This document shows, one piece after another, positions 17,907-26,219 of a stretch of DNA of 64,000 nt; position 1 is the stretch's first letter; each line of letters opens with the position of its first letter. Under the pieces are notes generated by a model. It had not been told where the DNA came from, ran no database searches, and saw only the letters and a program-made list of their open reading frames with translations. Position numbers and translations under genes: made by a program. The stretch is taken from sequence record MT612989.1. One strand, written 5' to 3'.

Positions 17907-18304
17907 TTTCGAATAATATCCCCGTTGTTTGTGCTTACATTACCAGCAACATCACCACATTTGATATCACCGTTTGTTGATGATACTGAACCATCAACAT
18001 CGTCACATTCAATATCGCCATTAGTCGTTGTCACGTCACCTTGTACGTTACGACATGCAATATTGCCGTTCTCGTTTTGAACAAGAGTACAGTCACCATC
18101 AATGTACACGTTTACCACGCGGTCATCAATATCACCTTGCAAACGACCGTCAACAACGACTTTGCCGTTCTTAACTGTCACGCTTGTACCGTGATACTCA
18201 GTACCATTGATCTTAATCGTACTACGACTTGCTAGATTTGCTTTAAAATTGGACATAGATTCCCTTATTTTTCTCATTTTCGTAAACGACATGCCACTCT
18301 CCAC
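17900..18304 (-). CDS. Beta-solenoid repeat protein (DUF4097/adhesin-like)
   Basis: Repeats V-x-G-x-V-x-S/T-x-N-G-D-I-x-C. Confidence 0.7.
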   Translation of the reverse strand: MESGMSFTKMRKIRESMSNFKANLASRSTIKINGTEYHGTSVTVKNGKVVVDGRLQGDIDDRVVNVYIDGDCTLVQNENGNIACRNVQGDVTTTNGDIECDDVDGSVSSTNGDIKCGDVAGNVSTNNGDIIRKW

Positions 18305-18489
18305 ATGTAAACATCACCGAGCGTAGATTCAGTTGAAACCAAGTAGGTCTCTAGCAATAGTTCGCTTTTGCGACTAAACAACTGAGTGCCGAATAGTGAA
18401 TAATGAACATCACCATCTACGATTTTCATTTGTTGTGGTTTGTCGAATGTGTCTAGTAGACCTTCATAAGTTTCAACTGAAGTAATCAT
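18274..18489 (-). CDS. Hypothetical protein
   Basis: ORF track; ATGA overlap. Confidence 0.55.
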   Translation of the reverse strand: MITSVETYEGLLDTFDKPQQMKIVDGDVHYSLFGTQLFSRKSELLLETYLVSTESTLGDVYMWRVACRLRK

Positions 18490-19064
18490 ATTACTATAAT
18501 CTCTGCTTTACCTGCGTAACCTTTTTGAAATACAAAGTGCGCATACTCAATCGAGTCTGTGCCTTTTGTACCGTGAAATGATGGTCTTCGATGATGAACC
18601 ATCACTGCTCTCAGGGGTGCTTCATCCCAGAAAGGCTTTCGTTTGATACTACCTAGCCAGTTAAGACGTTGTAGCATGACAACATAACCACCATTCTTGA
18701 CTTCGCTCAGTGCTTTCTCTGCAAAATCAACTGATAAGCTGAACGGTGGGTTAGTCATGATCATATCGTAGTAATTCACTTGAACATCAGCTTCAAGATA
18801 GTTCGCGATAATTTGCGCGTGACTGTCTTCGCGAATGTCCATTGTGTCAATATCAACATGATACAAACTCTTGTATGCTACGGGATATGCTGCTTTGTGT
18901 TCTGAACAACCACCACATGATGGGTCGAGCACGTACATACCTGCCATGCTCTTCTCGTGCTCATGCTGAATGCGAGTTTCAAACTCTAGTAGAAACTCTT
19001 CAACAATCCAGTCTGGCGTAGCGTAGTAATCGTCTTTGTTGACTTTACCTTTTGTGCTACTCAT
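18486..19064 (-). CDS. DNA N6-adenine methyltransferase
   Basis: DDYYATP, motif I VLDPSCGG, motif IV MTNPPFS. Confidence 0.85.
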   Translation of the reverse strand: MSSTKGKVNKDDYYATPDWIVEEFLLEFETRIQHEHEKSMAGMYVLDPSCGGCSEHKAAYPVAYKSLYHVDIDTMDIREDSHAQIIANYLEADVQVNYYDMIMTNPPFSLSVDFAEKALSEVKNGGYVVMLQRLNWLGSIKRKPFWDEAPLRAVMVHHRRPSFHGTKGTDSIEYAHFVFQKGYAGKAEIIVI

Positions 19065-19066
19065 TT

Positions 19067-19600
19067 TTAACCGTGTACTGTTAAGTATTTGTCGCGACCA
19101 ATTTCGTAGATATTACCTTCTGCGTCAAGGTCGATGAATACATCACGCCAGTTGATGTTGCTGCTTACAATGACAGGCATATCTTCTAAGCGAATACCCA
19201 TTAGCTCAGACGTTACATGTCTTGCATAGTCTTCGCTTGTGCCTTCGAACACCCAACAGTCACTGATTTTCTCGGCTGCATCTTCGAATGACATACAAAC
19301 GTTGTTATTATACAATGCTTCGCAGATTTCACGTTCTTGTTCATCGAGATTAAACCAAGCAAGTAGACCGTCGAAGTCTAATTCTTCGTCTTGTAAATCA
19401 CATGGCATGTTGTGCCATTCAAATGCTACATAAGCTGTTCCCTCATGGTTGTCCAAAAAGTCTTTGAACTCTGACGGGCAAACAGTGTAGTAATTCAGCA
19501 TGCCAGCACATGAGACAGTAACAGCAACTTCATCGTCCACATGCTCAATCGATAACGATCTTAGCTCTTCTTCACGTTCACTCAAGTTCATAGTCTTCAC
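19067..19600 (-). CDS. ArdA-like antirestriction (DNA-mimic) protein
   Basis: Very acidic; C-terminal EDYARHV...NINWRDVFIDL resembles the ArdA C-terminus; own early promoter. Confidence 0.6.
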   Translation of the reverse strand: MKTMNLSEREEELRSLSIEHVDDEVAVTVSCAGMLNYYTVCPSEFKDFLDNHEGTAYVAFEWHNMPCDLQDEELDFDGLLAWFNLDEQEREICEALYNNNVCMSFEDAAEKISDCWVFEGTSEDYARHVTSELMGIRLEDMPVIVSSNINWRDVFIDLDAEGNIYEIGRDKYLTVHG

Positions 19601-19625
19601 TCACATAAATTGTTTCAAGGACTGT

Positions 19626-19654
19626 ATAGTACGATCAAAAAAGGGGACTGTCAA
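19626..19654 (-). promoter_or_regulatory. Early sigma70-type promoter
   Basis: TTGACA-N17-TACTAT. Confidence 0.85.
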
Positions 19655-19676
19655 CAACTTTCTCAAGTTATTTTCA

Positions 19677-19730
19677 ATCCCCTAATATTACTAATATCTC
19701 TAACTTCACTAAAACTACTAATACTACTAA
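19677..19730. repeat. Six tandem imperfect 9-mers ending CTAA
   Basis: atcccctaa, tattactaa, tatctctaa, cttcactaa, aactactaa, tactactaa. Confidence 0.75.
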
Positions 19731-19760
19731 GATGATGCCCAATTTTTGGGCCTCAGTTGG

Positions 19761-20324
19761 TTATTTCGCTTCGCTCTTCTTGTTCTTTTTAACCAGATTC
19801 CAGAATCGAAAGCCCAATTTCTTGATTTGCTTTAACTGCTCTTCGATTGTCATCTTTCCACCATGTAGACGTTTTGGCATTCTTACTTCTCTTGCATTGA
19901 GAAAACCATCTACTTCGATTATACCAGCCCACTCAGGTACATCAGCATGGTCGACAAGACCTTTCGGGAATGCATACCAGAAGTAATTGCTCATTTTACC
20001 ATCTTGCAATGCATCACGTTTTGGTGTTTTGGTATACTTGTCACGCCAGTGATCGTAAGACTCATTTTCGATTAGAACAGTTTTCTGCTCGTCAACTCGA
20101 TAATCTGCTTTAGATACTTTGATTTCAATCTCATCACATAAACCACTTGGTCGAATACCAAATAAATCAGCTTCATTATCGAACTTGGTGTAACAGTTTG
20201 GTATAACCGCTGTGTATCTCTTGTGAATCCATACGCTTTGTACGGCAATTGCGTACTGTACATCTGCTTCTGTAATGTCTTTTGTGTCTTTCTCTTTTTT
20301 CATAAATGCCATGATAAGTCTCAC
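19761..20324 (-). CDS. MmcB-like PD-(D/E)xK nuclease
   Basis: EADLFGI...DEIEIKVSKADYRVD, NYFWYAFP, PEWAGII. Confidence 0.75.
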   Translation of the reverse strand: MRLIMAFMKKEKDTKDITEADVQYAIAVQSVWIHKRYTAVIPNCYTKFDNEADLFGIRPSGLCDEIEIKVSKADYRVDEQKTVLIENESYDHWRDKYTKTPKRDALQDGKMSNYFWYAFPKGLVDHADVPEWAGIIEVDGFLNAREVRMPKRLHGGKMTIEEQLKQIKKLGFRFWNLVKKNKKSEAK

Positions 20325-20364
20325 TCATATACTGTTATGAGTACTTATGTCATGTTTCAGATAC

Positions 20365-20387
20365 AAAAAAAGCTCCCGAAGGAGCTT
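20365..20387 (-). terminator. Intrinsic terminator (cUUCGg loop)
   Basis: GCTCC-TTCG-GGAGC-TTTTTT. Confidence 0.8.
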
Positions 20388-20498
20388 TATCTATCGCGAT
20401 AATTATCATCGCCGCAGTCAGGACACGACCAGAATATAATGCCACATACACTTGTTTCATTCCTGTTCGTGTGCTTGCAGTATAGTTTACGAAAGTGT

Positions 20499-21506
20499 TT
20501 AAAAAGTACCATCAACGATATTCAACCAGTTCTTACGCAAGATCTCGTTGGCTACATTGACTAGAGAACGCTTGATAACATCCCAATCATCACGAGGGAT
20601 TGCTACTTCGTCTCGTTCGTCACGTTCAAACTCATCTTTCGCGTCTTTGACAAACAAACCACTTACCATACCGAACTGCTTCGCTTCAACTTTGCCGATC
20701 TTACTCAGTACATTGCGCAAGCGGTTTTCAGTTAGATAACAACTAAATGCAGCGTGCAGTTTTTCTTGTTCTTCTGTAAGAACAACTTTAGCTCGCGGCG
20801 TTTTTCCCTGCTTATTCTTTTTCTCTTTGAATTTCTCATTCTTAACCTTCAAGATTGCACGAGAACCGTTGTGTAAGCGTTTCTCCGCTTTCAATTGCTT
20901 AACTACGAACCCTTCTGCTACGTTTTCACTATCAACGTCAGCGGGCGTGTGAAAGCTTCTGAAGAGGGGATCGATTTTAAGTAGTTCATCAAGTGTACCG
21001 CGTGCGATTTCGTGAGTCGTCTTGACTCCAGCAAACTTACATGCTTTGAGCACAACATCCCAATCTAGAAACTCACCGGTTTCTGGGCATAAGATATCGT
21101 AAGCCCAGAAATCTTTATCACCGTAGTTGACTTCTTTTTGAATGCCTTTACCTGCAAGTTCACCATAGACGATGATCGTTTCATCGTTTTTGATAAAATC
21201 ATTGGCAAATAGCCAATTTGAGATATCTTGCATTTTTTCGATGTGAGCTTCTACAACGCTCGTACAACCGTAGAAGTCGTAATCACCCATAGCATTAGCG
21301 CCAATAGTAGAAGTGCGTTTAGCGGGCGTTACAGACATCTCTCCAGGTACTTCCTCAGTGCTTGGTTTGAATTCGACGATAAAGCTGAAGTTGGCACCGT
21401 GGATCTTCTCAAGAGCTACCCATTCTTTGACGCCAAGCATGTCACATTTGTCTACGAATGCTTGACGGTAGCTGTTTTCTAATGATGTGTATTTCACAAA
21501 GCTCAT
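20499..21506 (-). CDS. rnlB: RNA ligase 2 (Rnl2)
   Basis: Motif I EKIHGANFS, YGELAG, motif IV AEGFVV, motif V ILKVKNEKFKE; 335 aa. Confidence 0.95.
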   Translation of the reverse strand: MSFVKYTSLENSYRQAFVDKCDMLGVKEWVALEKIHGANFSFIVEFKPSTEEVPGEMSVTPAKRTSTIGANAMGDYDFYGCTSVVEAHIEKMQDISNWLFANDFIKNDETIIVYGELAGKGIQKEVNYGDKDFWAYDILCPETGEFLDWDVVLKACKFAGVKTTHEIARGTLDELLKIDPLFRSFHTPADVDSENVAEGFVVKQLKAEKRLHNGSRAILKVKNEKFKEKKNKQGKTPRAKVVLTEEQEKLHAAFSCYLTENRLRNVLSKIGKVEAKQFGMVSGLFVKDAKDEFERDERDEVAIPRDDWDVIKRSLVNVANEILRKNWLNIVDGTF

Positions 21507-21515
21507 AATTTTACC

Positions 21516-21776
21516 TTAAATTCCTAAAAAACGTTCACGATGTGCAAGCTCTTCATGACTTGCGATTTCTTTTTCTATTTCGATCTCATTGTAAGAGATT
21601 CGACCTTTTGAATCTGACAACATGATGATTGTCACTTCTGGGTTGAATTCGATTTCGAACTCTGGCGTGATATAACGCTCTCGACCATCTTCAAAGTATC
21701 GAACTTCGACGACGCTGAATTCACATATCGCAAGAGTTTCGAGTCGTTGTCTTAAATGTCTCAATTTCATTGTCAT
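21516..21776 (-). CDS. Hypothetical protein
   Basis: Start reassigned to MTMKLRHL (AAGGA RBS, downstream of promoter). Confidence 0.7.
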   Translation of the reverse strand: MTMKLRHLRQRLETLAICEFSVVEVRYFEDGRERYITPEFEIEFNPEVTIIMLSDSKGRISYNEIEIEKEIASHEELAHRERFLGI

Positions 21777-21801
21777 ATTCCTTATATGAATTTGCCTTCT
21801 C

Positions 21802-21830
21802 ATTGTACATATAAACAATAGCATAGTCAA
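21802..21830. promoter_or_regulatory. Divergent overlapping early (-) and late-like (+) promoters
   Basis: Minus TTGACT-N17-TACAAT; plus TATAAACA at 21810-21817 inside its spacer. Confidence 0.7.
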
Positions 21831-21848
21831 TAACTTTTTGAGAAAAAC

Positions 21849-22355
21849 ATGAGCAAACAACTTAAACAATCAGAACTGACAGAATGCCGTAATGAACTAA
21901 TCATGGATCAATTGGACAGATGTGTGTTGTGCGGTACTAAATTGAGTGAAGAGAAAAGCACGCCACATACTGACCACGACCACAACACGGGGCATATTCG
22001 AGGCGTTCTGTGTCGAGCGTGCAATACTTACGAAGGCGTTGTGATTCATAAGTTTACAAGAAGTGGTTTGAAAGGTCGTGGAATTGATTACATTCAGTGG
22101 CTTAAAAATCTAGTAGAATACCTAGAAGCTGATTACTCAGATAATGATTATCACCCTCAGCACCCAAAAGACCAAACTAAGATCTTCAGTCGATTAAAAC
22201 TGCAAGAGCAAAAAGAACATTTAGACAGTCTAGGTATTAAGTACCCAGAGGGTGCGAAGAAAAGCGAATTGGAAAAGATTTACAGAAAGAGTTTCTTGAA
22301 TAACCCGCGTTGTGATTTTGACAACAACAAGTATGGTTATGGAGATGACGAATAG
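21849..22355 (+). CDS. 49: Endonuclease VII (Holliday junction resolvase, gp49 family)
   Basis: CVLC...DHDH..GHIRGVLCRACNTYEG; C-terminal HPQH helical dimerisation segment. Confidence 0.88.
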   Translation: MSKQLKQSELTECRNELIMDQLDRCVLCGTKLSEEKSTPHTDHDHNTGHIRGVLCRACNTYEGVVIHKFTRSGLKGRGIDYIQWLKNLVEYLEADYSDNDYHPQHPKDQTKIFSRLKLQEQKEHLDSLGIKYPEGAKKSELEKIYRKSFLNNPRCDFDNNKYGYGDDE

Positions 22356-22356
22356 C

Positions 22357-22385
22357 AAAAAGGGAGCAATTAGCTCCCTTTTTTT
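22357..22385. terminator. Bidirectional intrinsic terminator
   Basis: A5-GGGAGC-AATTA-GCTCCC-T7; core is the reverse complement of the 12160 element. Confidence 0.88.
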
Positions 22386-22773
22386 ATACAATGATAGTTT
22401 CAGTACCGATTGTAATGACTGTTTGTGTCTTGACTTCAATCGTGTTGTTCATGTCTTCGTTCAAGCTGATCATTTCTTCAATGTCATCGCTCTCGAATGC
22501 TTCATGGTCGAACATGATTTCAGTGATTGACCAATCTTCACCTTGAGACTCACTCCAAGCCAGTGCCATGTCGCGCTGTTCTTCATGTATGCAAACTTCA
22601 GCTTCTGTTTCAGAATGCTTACCGTCTAGGTCACTGAAAGAAAAGCTAAATGCGCAAATCGCATCTTCATATTTCTCAACGAACTCAGCCGTAACCCAGC
22701 ACGTGTGTGCTGCGGTCGCGTTGCTGTAGTAGCCAGTTGCTGATACTTCAATTAGTCTAAGATTGTCGTTCAT
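22384..22773 (-). CDS. Hypothetical acidic protein
   Basis: Start reassigned to MNDNLRL. Confidence 0.7.
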   Translation of the reverse strand: MNDNLRLIEVSATGYYSNATAAHTCWVTAEFVEKYEDAICAFSFSFSDLDGKHSETEAEVCIHEEQRDMALAWSESQGEDWSITEIMFDHEAFESDDIEEMISLNEDMNNTIEVKTQTVITIGTETIIV

Positions 22774-22775
22774 TG

Positions 22776-23114
22776 TTATGCCTCGTCGTCGCGATATACA
22801 GCCGCGATGTTTTTGTAGTGTGTATGCACCCATAGCGCACGATCTTGATCGTCTGGCTTCATGATACCTTCGATAATGCGTGGGTCAGGTACGTTTTTGA
22901 TATTACCTAGTGGTAATAGAACTTTGTCACCTACTTTGATGACCTTTTGGTCTACGTCTTCGCCGACAGAAATCACAATACCGTGAAGCGGAACTTCGGG
23001 TTGAGTAGCACGCCCGAGAACGATACCACCTTCAGATTTGATTTCTTCACCTTCTTTAACTGCTTTAGTGTCGATGATGATTTGTTCGCCCATTGCGTGT
23101 GCTTTAAGTGTCAT
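22776..23114 (-). CDS. 31: Co-chaperonin gp31 (GroES-like)
   Basis: EEIKSEGGIVLG mobile loop, VISVGEDV, KVGDKVLLP, HYKNIAAVY. Confidence 0.9.
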   Translation of the reverse strand: MTLKAHAMGEQIIIDTKAVKEGEEIKSEGGIVLGRATQPEVPLHGIVISVGEDVDQKVIKVGDKVLLPLGNIKNVPDPRIIEGIMKPDDQDRALWVHTHYKNIAAVYRDDEA

Positions 23115-23320
23115 TATTTCTCTCGTCTTTTGTATTTGTTTCGTGTTGCTTCAAATGCTGCAATGCGTTCGTCTGTAGCTTTCTTTCGCTCTTCAAACTC
23201 ACGACATTTCTTGCGCATATTACCATCTTCGATGTCATAATCTCGACTCTCAGGACCACGTTGGTCCCAACCAATCCAGAAGTTATTCACGTCATCGAGT
23301 AATTCTTTTTCTGTAGCCAT
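23114..23320 (-). CDS. Hypothetical protein
   Basis: ORF track, 68 aa. Confidence 0.65.
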   Translation of the reverse strand: MATEKELLDDVNNFWIGWDQRGPESRDYDIEDGNMRKKCREFEERKKATDERIAAFEATRNKYKRREK

Positions 23321-23414
23321 TATATAGTTCTCACGAAAGTTGATGATTTGATGAGTTAGGGCCCATCACTCCTATTTGTTGATCGCTGTTTTATCAGCGC
23401 ACTGCGACCGTCTC

Positions 23415-23624
23415 TCAGTGCGGACTATTTAGTTCAAACCCGCGGAAGTCGTCGTATGTTCTTGTGTATACGTCGCCTAGTTCGCTCGTGTAAGTGATAG
23501 CATTGTACCACTTACCGTCGAACTTGAGTTTGCCTTTACTCGTTACTGTATACACATTGCTCGTCTTCTTGTGAATAATACACTGTCCGACGCGCAAGTG
23601 TTCAGCAAACGGGTCTTTAATCAA
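23415..23624 (-). CDS. Hypothetical protein (DUF1653-like SH3)
   Basis: HKKTSNVYTV...VYTRTYDDF pattern. Confidence 0.6.
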   Translation of the reverse strand: MIKDPFAEHLRVGQCIIHKKTSNVYTVTSKGKLKFDGKWYNAITYTSELGDVYTRTYDDFRGFELNSPH

Positions 23625-23892
23625 ACGATTTCACTTCGCGTAAATTAGCTCGTTTAAACGAACGCCAGCCATTAGCTTCGAGATCGAAGTAACCGCATGT
23701 CGCTTTTTGCTTTTCGGTTTTCTCTGGCTTTGTCTCACCTTCAGCTAAAGGCTTTTCTTTCGGGTGAAACTCAGCAGGGATGAAATCGAGATTGCGCGTA
23801 CCAGTTACAGTCTTAATAGAACCATCTGCTTTCTCAAATTCAAATGTGACTTTACCATTTTTCAGCAAGTCGTCGATATTCACTTCAATCAT
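23617..23892 (-). CDS. WYL_2/DUF2693-like SH3-fold protein
   Basis: VTFEFEKADGSIKTVTGT...YFDLEANGWRSF. Confidence 0.7.
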   Translation of the reverse strand: MIEVNIDDLLKNGKVTFEFEKADGSIKTVTGTRNLDFIPAEFHPKEKPLAEGETKPEKTEKQKATCGYFDLEANGWRSFKRANLREVKSFD

Positions 23893-23901
23893 GTTTTAAC
23901 C

Positions 23902-24510
23902 TCACATAAAGAAATAGGGATTTTCAAGAGTCTTGAACTCGTTTACGACTGTCATCTTAAACGTCTTCAAGTCGATGTTAAACACTTTATTTGGCTCAAC
24001 ATGCTCTGGAGTTAAAATCGTTCGCGTGCTGCTAAACGATGTACCGTCTTCGCTCATGAACAACGGGCTAATTTCATTGCGAAATACACGCAAATTGCCG
24101 TTAATGAAGTGAAAACAAGCAAACGTACCGTCAAGTTCGTTTAATTTGCCGTAGCAAATCGCTTCAGCAATGTGTGCAGTATCCCATTCTTGAGTCTGAT
24201 TTTTCATGTAATGGTCTTTGAGAATACCATTATGCCACACGTGTGAATCATGCAACTGACCGTTCTCTTCAATTGTTACAATAGCGGGATGTGCTTGAGC
24301 ACTTGTTCCCGTTGGTGCTTGTACATGACAGATATAAAAATCTGCACTATCAGGCACATTAGTTGTATTGAACGCCCCTGTAAACTTGTGAACCGTCACA
24401 TGACCGTTCTTAAACGTACTCACAGAGTGAGTACGCGAACCACGATGAATATTACTCTTTGACAATTCAATAAGCTCTTGCTTGCTTCTAGCAGCAAATA
24501 GTCCACACAT
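23902..24510 (-). CDS. Class II (Ntn) glutamine amidotransferase associated with QueC
   Basis: N-terminal MCGLF nucleophile Cys, HRG, HVQAPT, WHNGIL, DT, DGTFAC, RNEISPL. Confidence 0.8.
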   Translation of the reverse strand: MCGLFAARSKQELIELSKSNIHRGSRTHSVSTFKNGHVTVHKFTGAFNTTNVPDSADFYICHVQAPTGTSAQAHPAIVTIEENGQLHDSHVWHNGILKDHYMKNQTQEWDTAHIAEAICYGKLNELDGTFACFHFINGNLRVFRNEISPLFMSEDGTSFSSTRTILTPEHVEPNKVFNIDLKTFKMTVVNEFKTLENPYFFM

Positions 24511-25226
24511 TAATGACCTGCCTTAGCAAATACTTGTTCCCATGGGATATCAATCGAGTAAGGTGCTGGGTCTTTAATACCCGCTTTACCGAAGTTCATG
24601 ATGCGTTCAGCACATGACGGACATTTACCACAGCTTTCACCTGCTTCGTTAGGGTCGTAACACGTTAGACTATCTTCAAACGGTACACCGAGCTTAACAC
24701 CAATAGCGATTTCATCTGCCTTTGACATACGAGCGAACGGAGCAAGTAATGCAATCTCGTGTTGACGATTCAGTGCAGATAGATTGTTCATGCCGTCAAG
24801 AAAGTCTTGTGTGCAGTCCCAGTAACCGTATGCGTCATGCACTTGAATGCCAGTAAAAACCGCTGCACAGCCATTTGCTTGCGCGAATGAGAACGCGATT
24901 GTGTTCAATAGCATATTACGATATGGAACTTCAGTTGGCGGTTGAGGGTCGCCTAGAACGTCTTGAATAGTTGGCATAGCAACATCTGAACCAGCGATAT
25001 TTGCACATACAGGTGCTACCACTTCACCTAAGAATGAGATGTCGATTAGACGATGCTCGATACCGAGCTTTTGACAAGTCAATTTAGCTTTTTCTAGCTC
25101 AATTGACTGTTTTTGACCGTAGTAGAACGATAATGCAAACACATTGTCTTTGCCGTATTCATCTACTAGTTTGTACGTAAGGATTGTTGAGTCCAAGCCA
25201 CCGCTTAGAACAGATACTACTTTCAT
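24510..25226 (-). CDS. queC: 7-cyano-7-deazaguanine synthase
   Basis: SGGLDS PP-loop, VPYRN, YWDC, TCY...CGKCPSC; start reassigned to MKVVSV. Confidence 0.95.
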   Translation of the reverse strand: MKVVSVLSGGLDSTILTYKLVDEYGKDNVFALSFYYGQKQSIELEKAKLTCQKLGIEHRLIDISFLGEVVAPVCANIAGSDVAMPTIQDVLGDPQPPTEVPYRNMLLNTIAFSFAQANGCAAVFTGIQVHDAYGYWDCTQDFLDGMNNLSALNRQHEIALLAPFARMSKADEIAIGVKLGVPFEDSLTCYDPNEAGESCGKCPSCAERIMNFGKAGIKDPAPYSIDIPWEQVFAKAGH

Positions 25227-25281
25227 TTTTAACCTCTCAAGTATATGAGTGCTCACAATTGAACACTCATCATAGCTCTTA

Positions 25282-26190
25282 TTACTGACGGAATAAACAA
25301 CTTCCGTTAGTGTGCGAGACAACTTCACTACCAAGTGCTTCTGGTAGTAGTTCTTCATGCGTTGCACGTGCTGGGCAGATATTCCAACCACCGCGACGTG
25401 TGTATAACGCTGTTACCATAAGCTCTTGTGGGTCGAACTTATCAAGTAACGCTTTGTAAATCATTTCAACACATTCTTCATGGAAATGATTCTCTTTACG
25501 GAATGACACGATGTATTGCATGAGACTGTCAATAGTTGGTGTTTTTTCACCTTTCATGTATACATACAGATCACCGAAATCTGGTTGATGCGTCACGCGA
25601 CAGTTAGAACGTAGATTCGGCGTGAACACTTTCATGCGCTTCACGTGAGATTCTTGCAGTAAATCAGCATCTGCACCGCTTTCTGAGTCGAATACAGTGT
25701 CTTCAGATACGTATTTGTCGAGTTCTGCATACCCTGTCATACCGTGCGGTTGTGTTGATCTGACTGTGAAGAAGCTCACTTGTACTTCAGCACCGATGAC
25801 TTCAGATAGATCACGCGACGCGATAGCTTCAATTGCACCTTGTACTTCAGCACGAGTCGCAGCGACTTTAGCCATGTTGAAGCTGTTCCAATACAGTTTC
25901 ATTGATTTACTTTCAACGATATTCGGTGAATCGCTTGGGTACACGACTTTCGCCATACCAGATACAGGCAGACCTTGTTCAGTCAGTGCCGATACTTCGA
26001 AGCCATGCCATGTATCAAACCCTGCAAAGTCTTCGTTTGTGATACCGTAATCAGTTCGATTTAGCTCACGCGGGATTGGTACAAGTAAATCTGGTCGAAC
26101 GTCTACGATATTAACGAAATCGCTGTAATCGCCAGCTTTTTTACCTAAATGCTCAGCCGCAATAGCTGATACTTCATCATAATTGCTCAT
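25282..26190 (-). CDS. queF: NADPH-dependent preQ0 reductase (bimodular QueF)
   Basis: IVESKSMKLYWNSF QueF motif, SNCRVTHQPD catalytic Cys, FHEECVE, YTRRGG. Confidence 0.92.
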   Translation of the reverse strand: MSNYDEVSAIAAEHLGKKAGDYSDFVNIVDVRPDLLVPIPRELNRTDYGITNEDFAGFDTWHGFEVSALTEQGLPVSGMAKVVYPSDSPNIVESKSMKLYWNSFNMAKVAATRAEVQGAIEAIASRDLSEVIGAEVQVSFFTVRSTQPHGMTGYAELDKYVSEDTVFDSESGADADLLQESHVKRMKVFTPNLRSNCRVTHQPDFGDLYVYMKGEKTPTIDSLMQYIVSFRKENHFHEECVEMIYKALLDKFDPQELMVTALYTRRGGWNICPARATHEELLPEALGSEVVSHTNGSCLFRQ

Positions 26191-26219
26191 GTATACCTCA
26201 TAAAGAGCGCCCGTAGGCG

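Noticed and set aside
17910-18060. Repeated aatatc/gatatc motifs
   Set aside because: Protein-level beta-solenoid repeats (NGDI), not a DNA element.
20330-20461. 44-aa minus-strand ORF (MKQVYVALY...)
   Set aside because: Runs through the intrinsic terminator at 20365-20387 with no recognisable motif; cannot be supported.
23325-23412. Small hairpins downstream of the que cluster as a possible preQ1 riboswitch or micro-ORF
   Set aside because: No preQ1-I consensus recognised, wrong position (not a leader of que genes), and RBS-ATG spacing too short.
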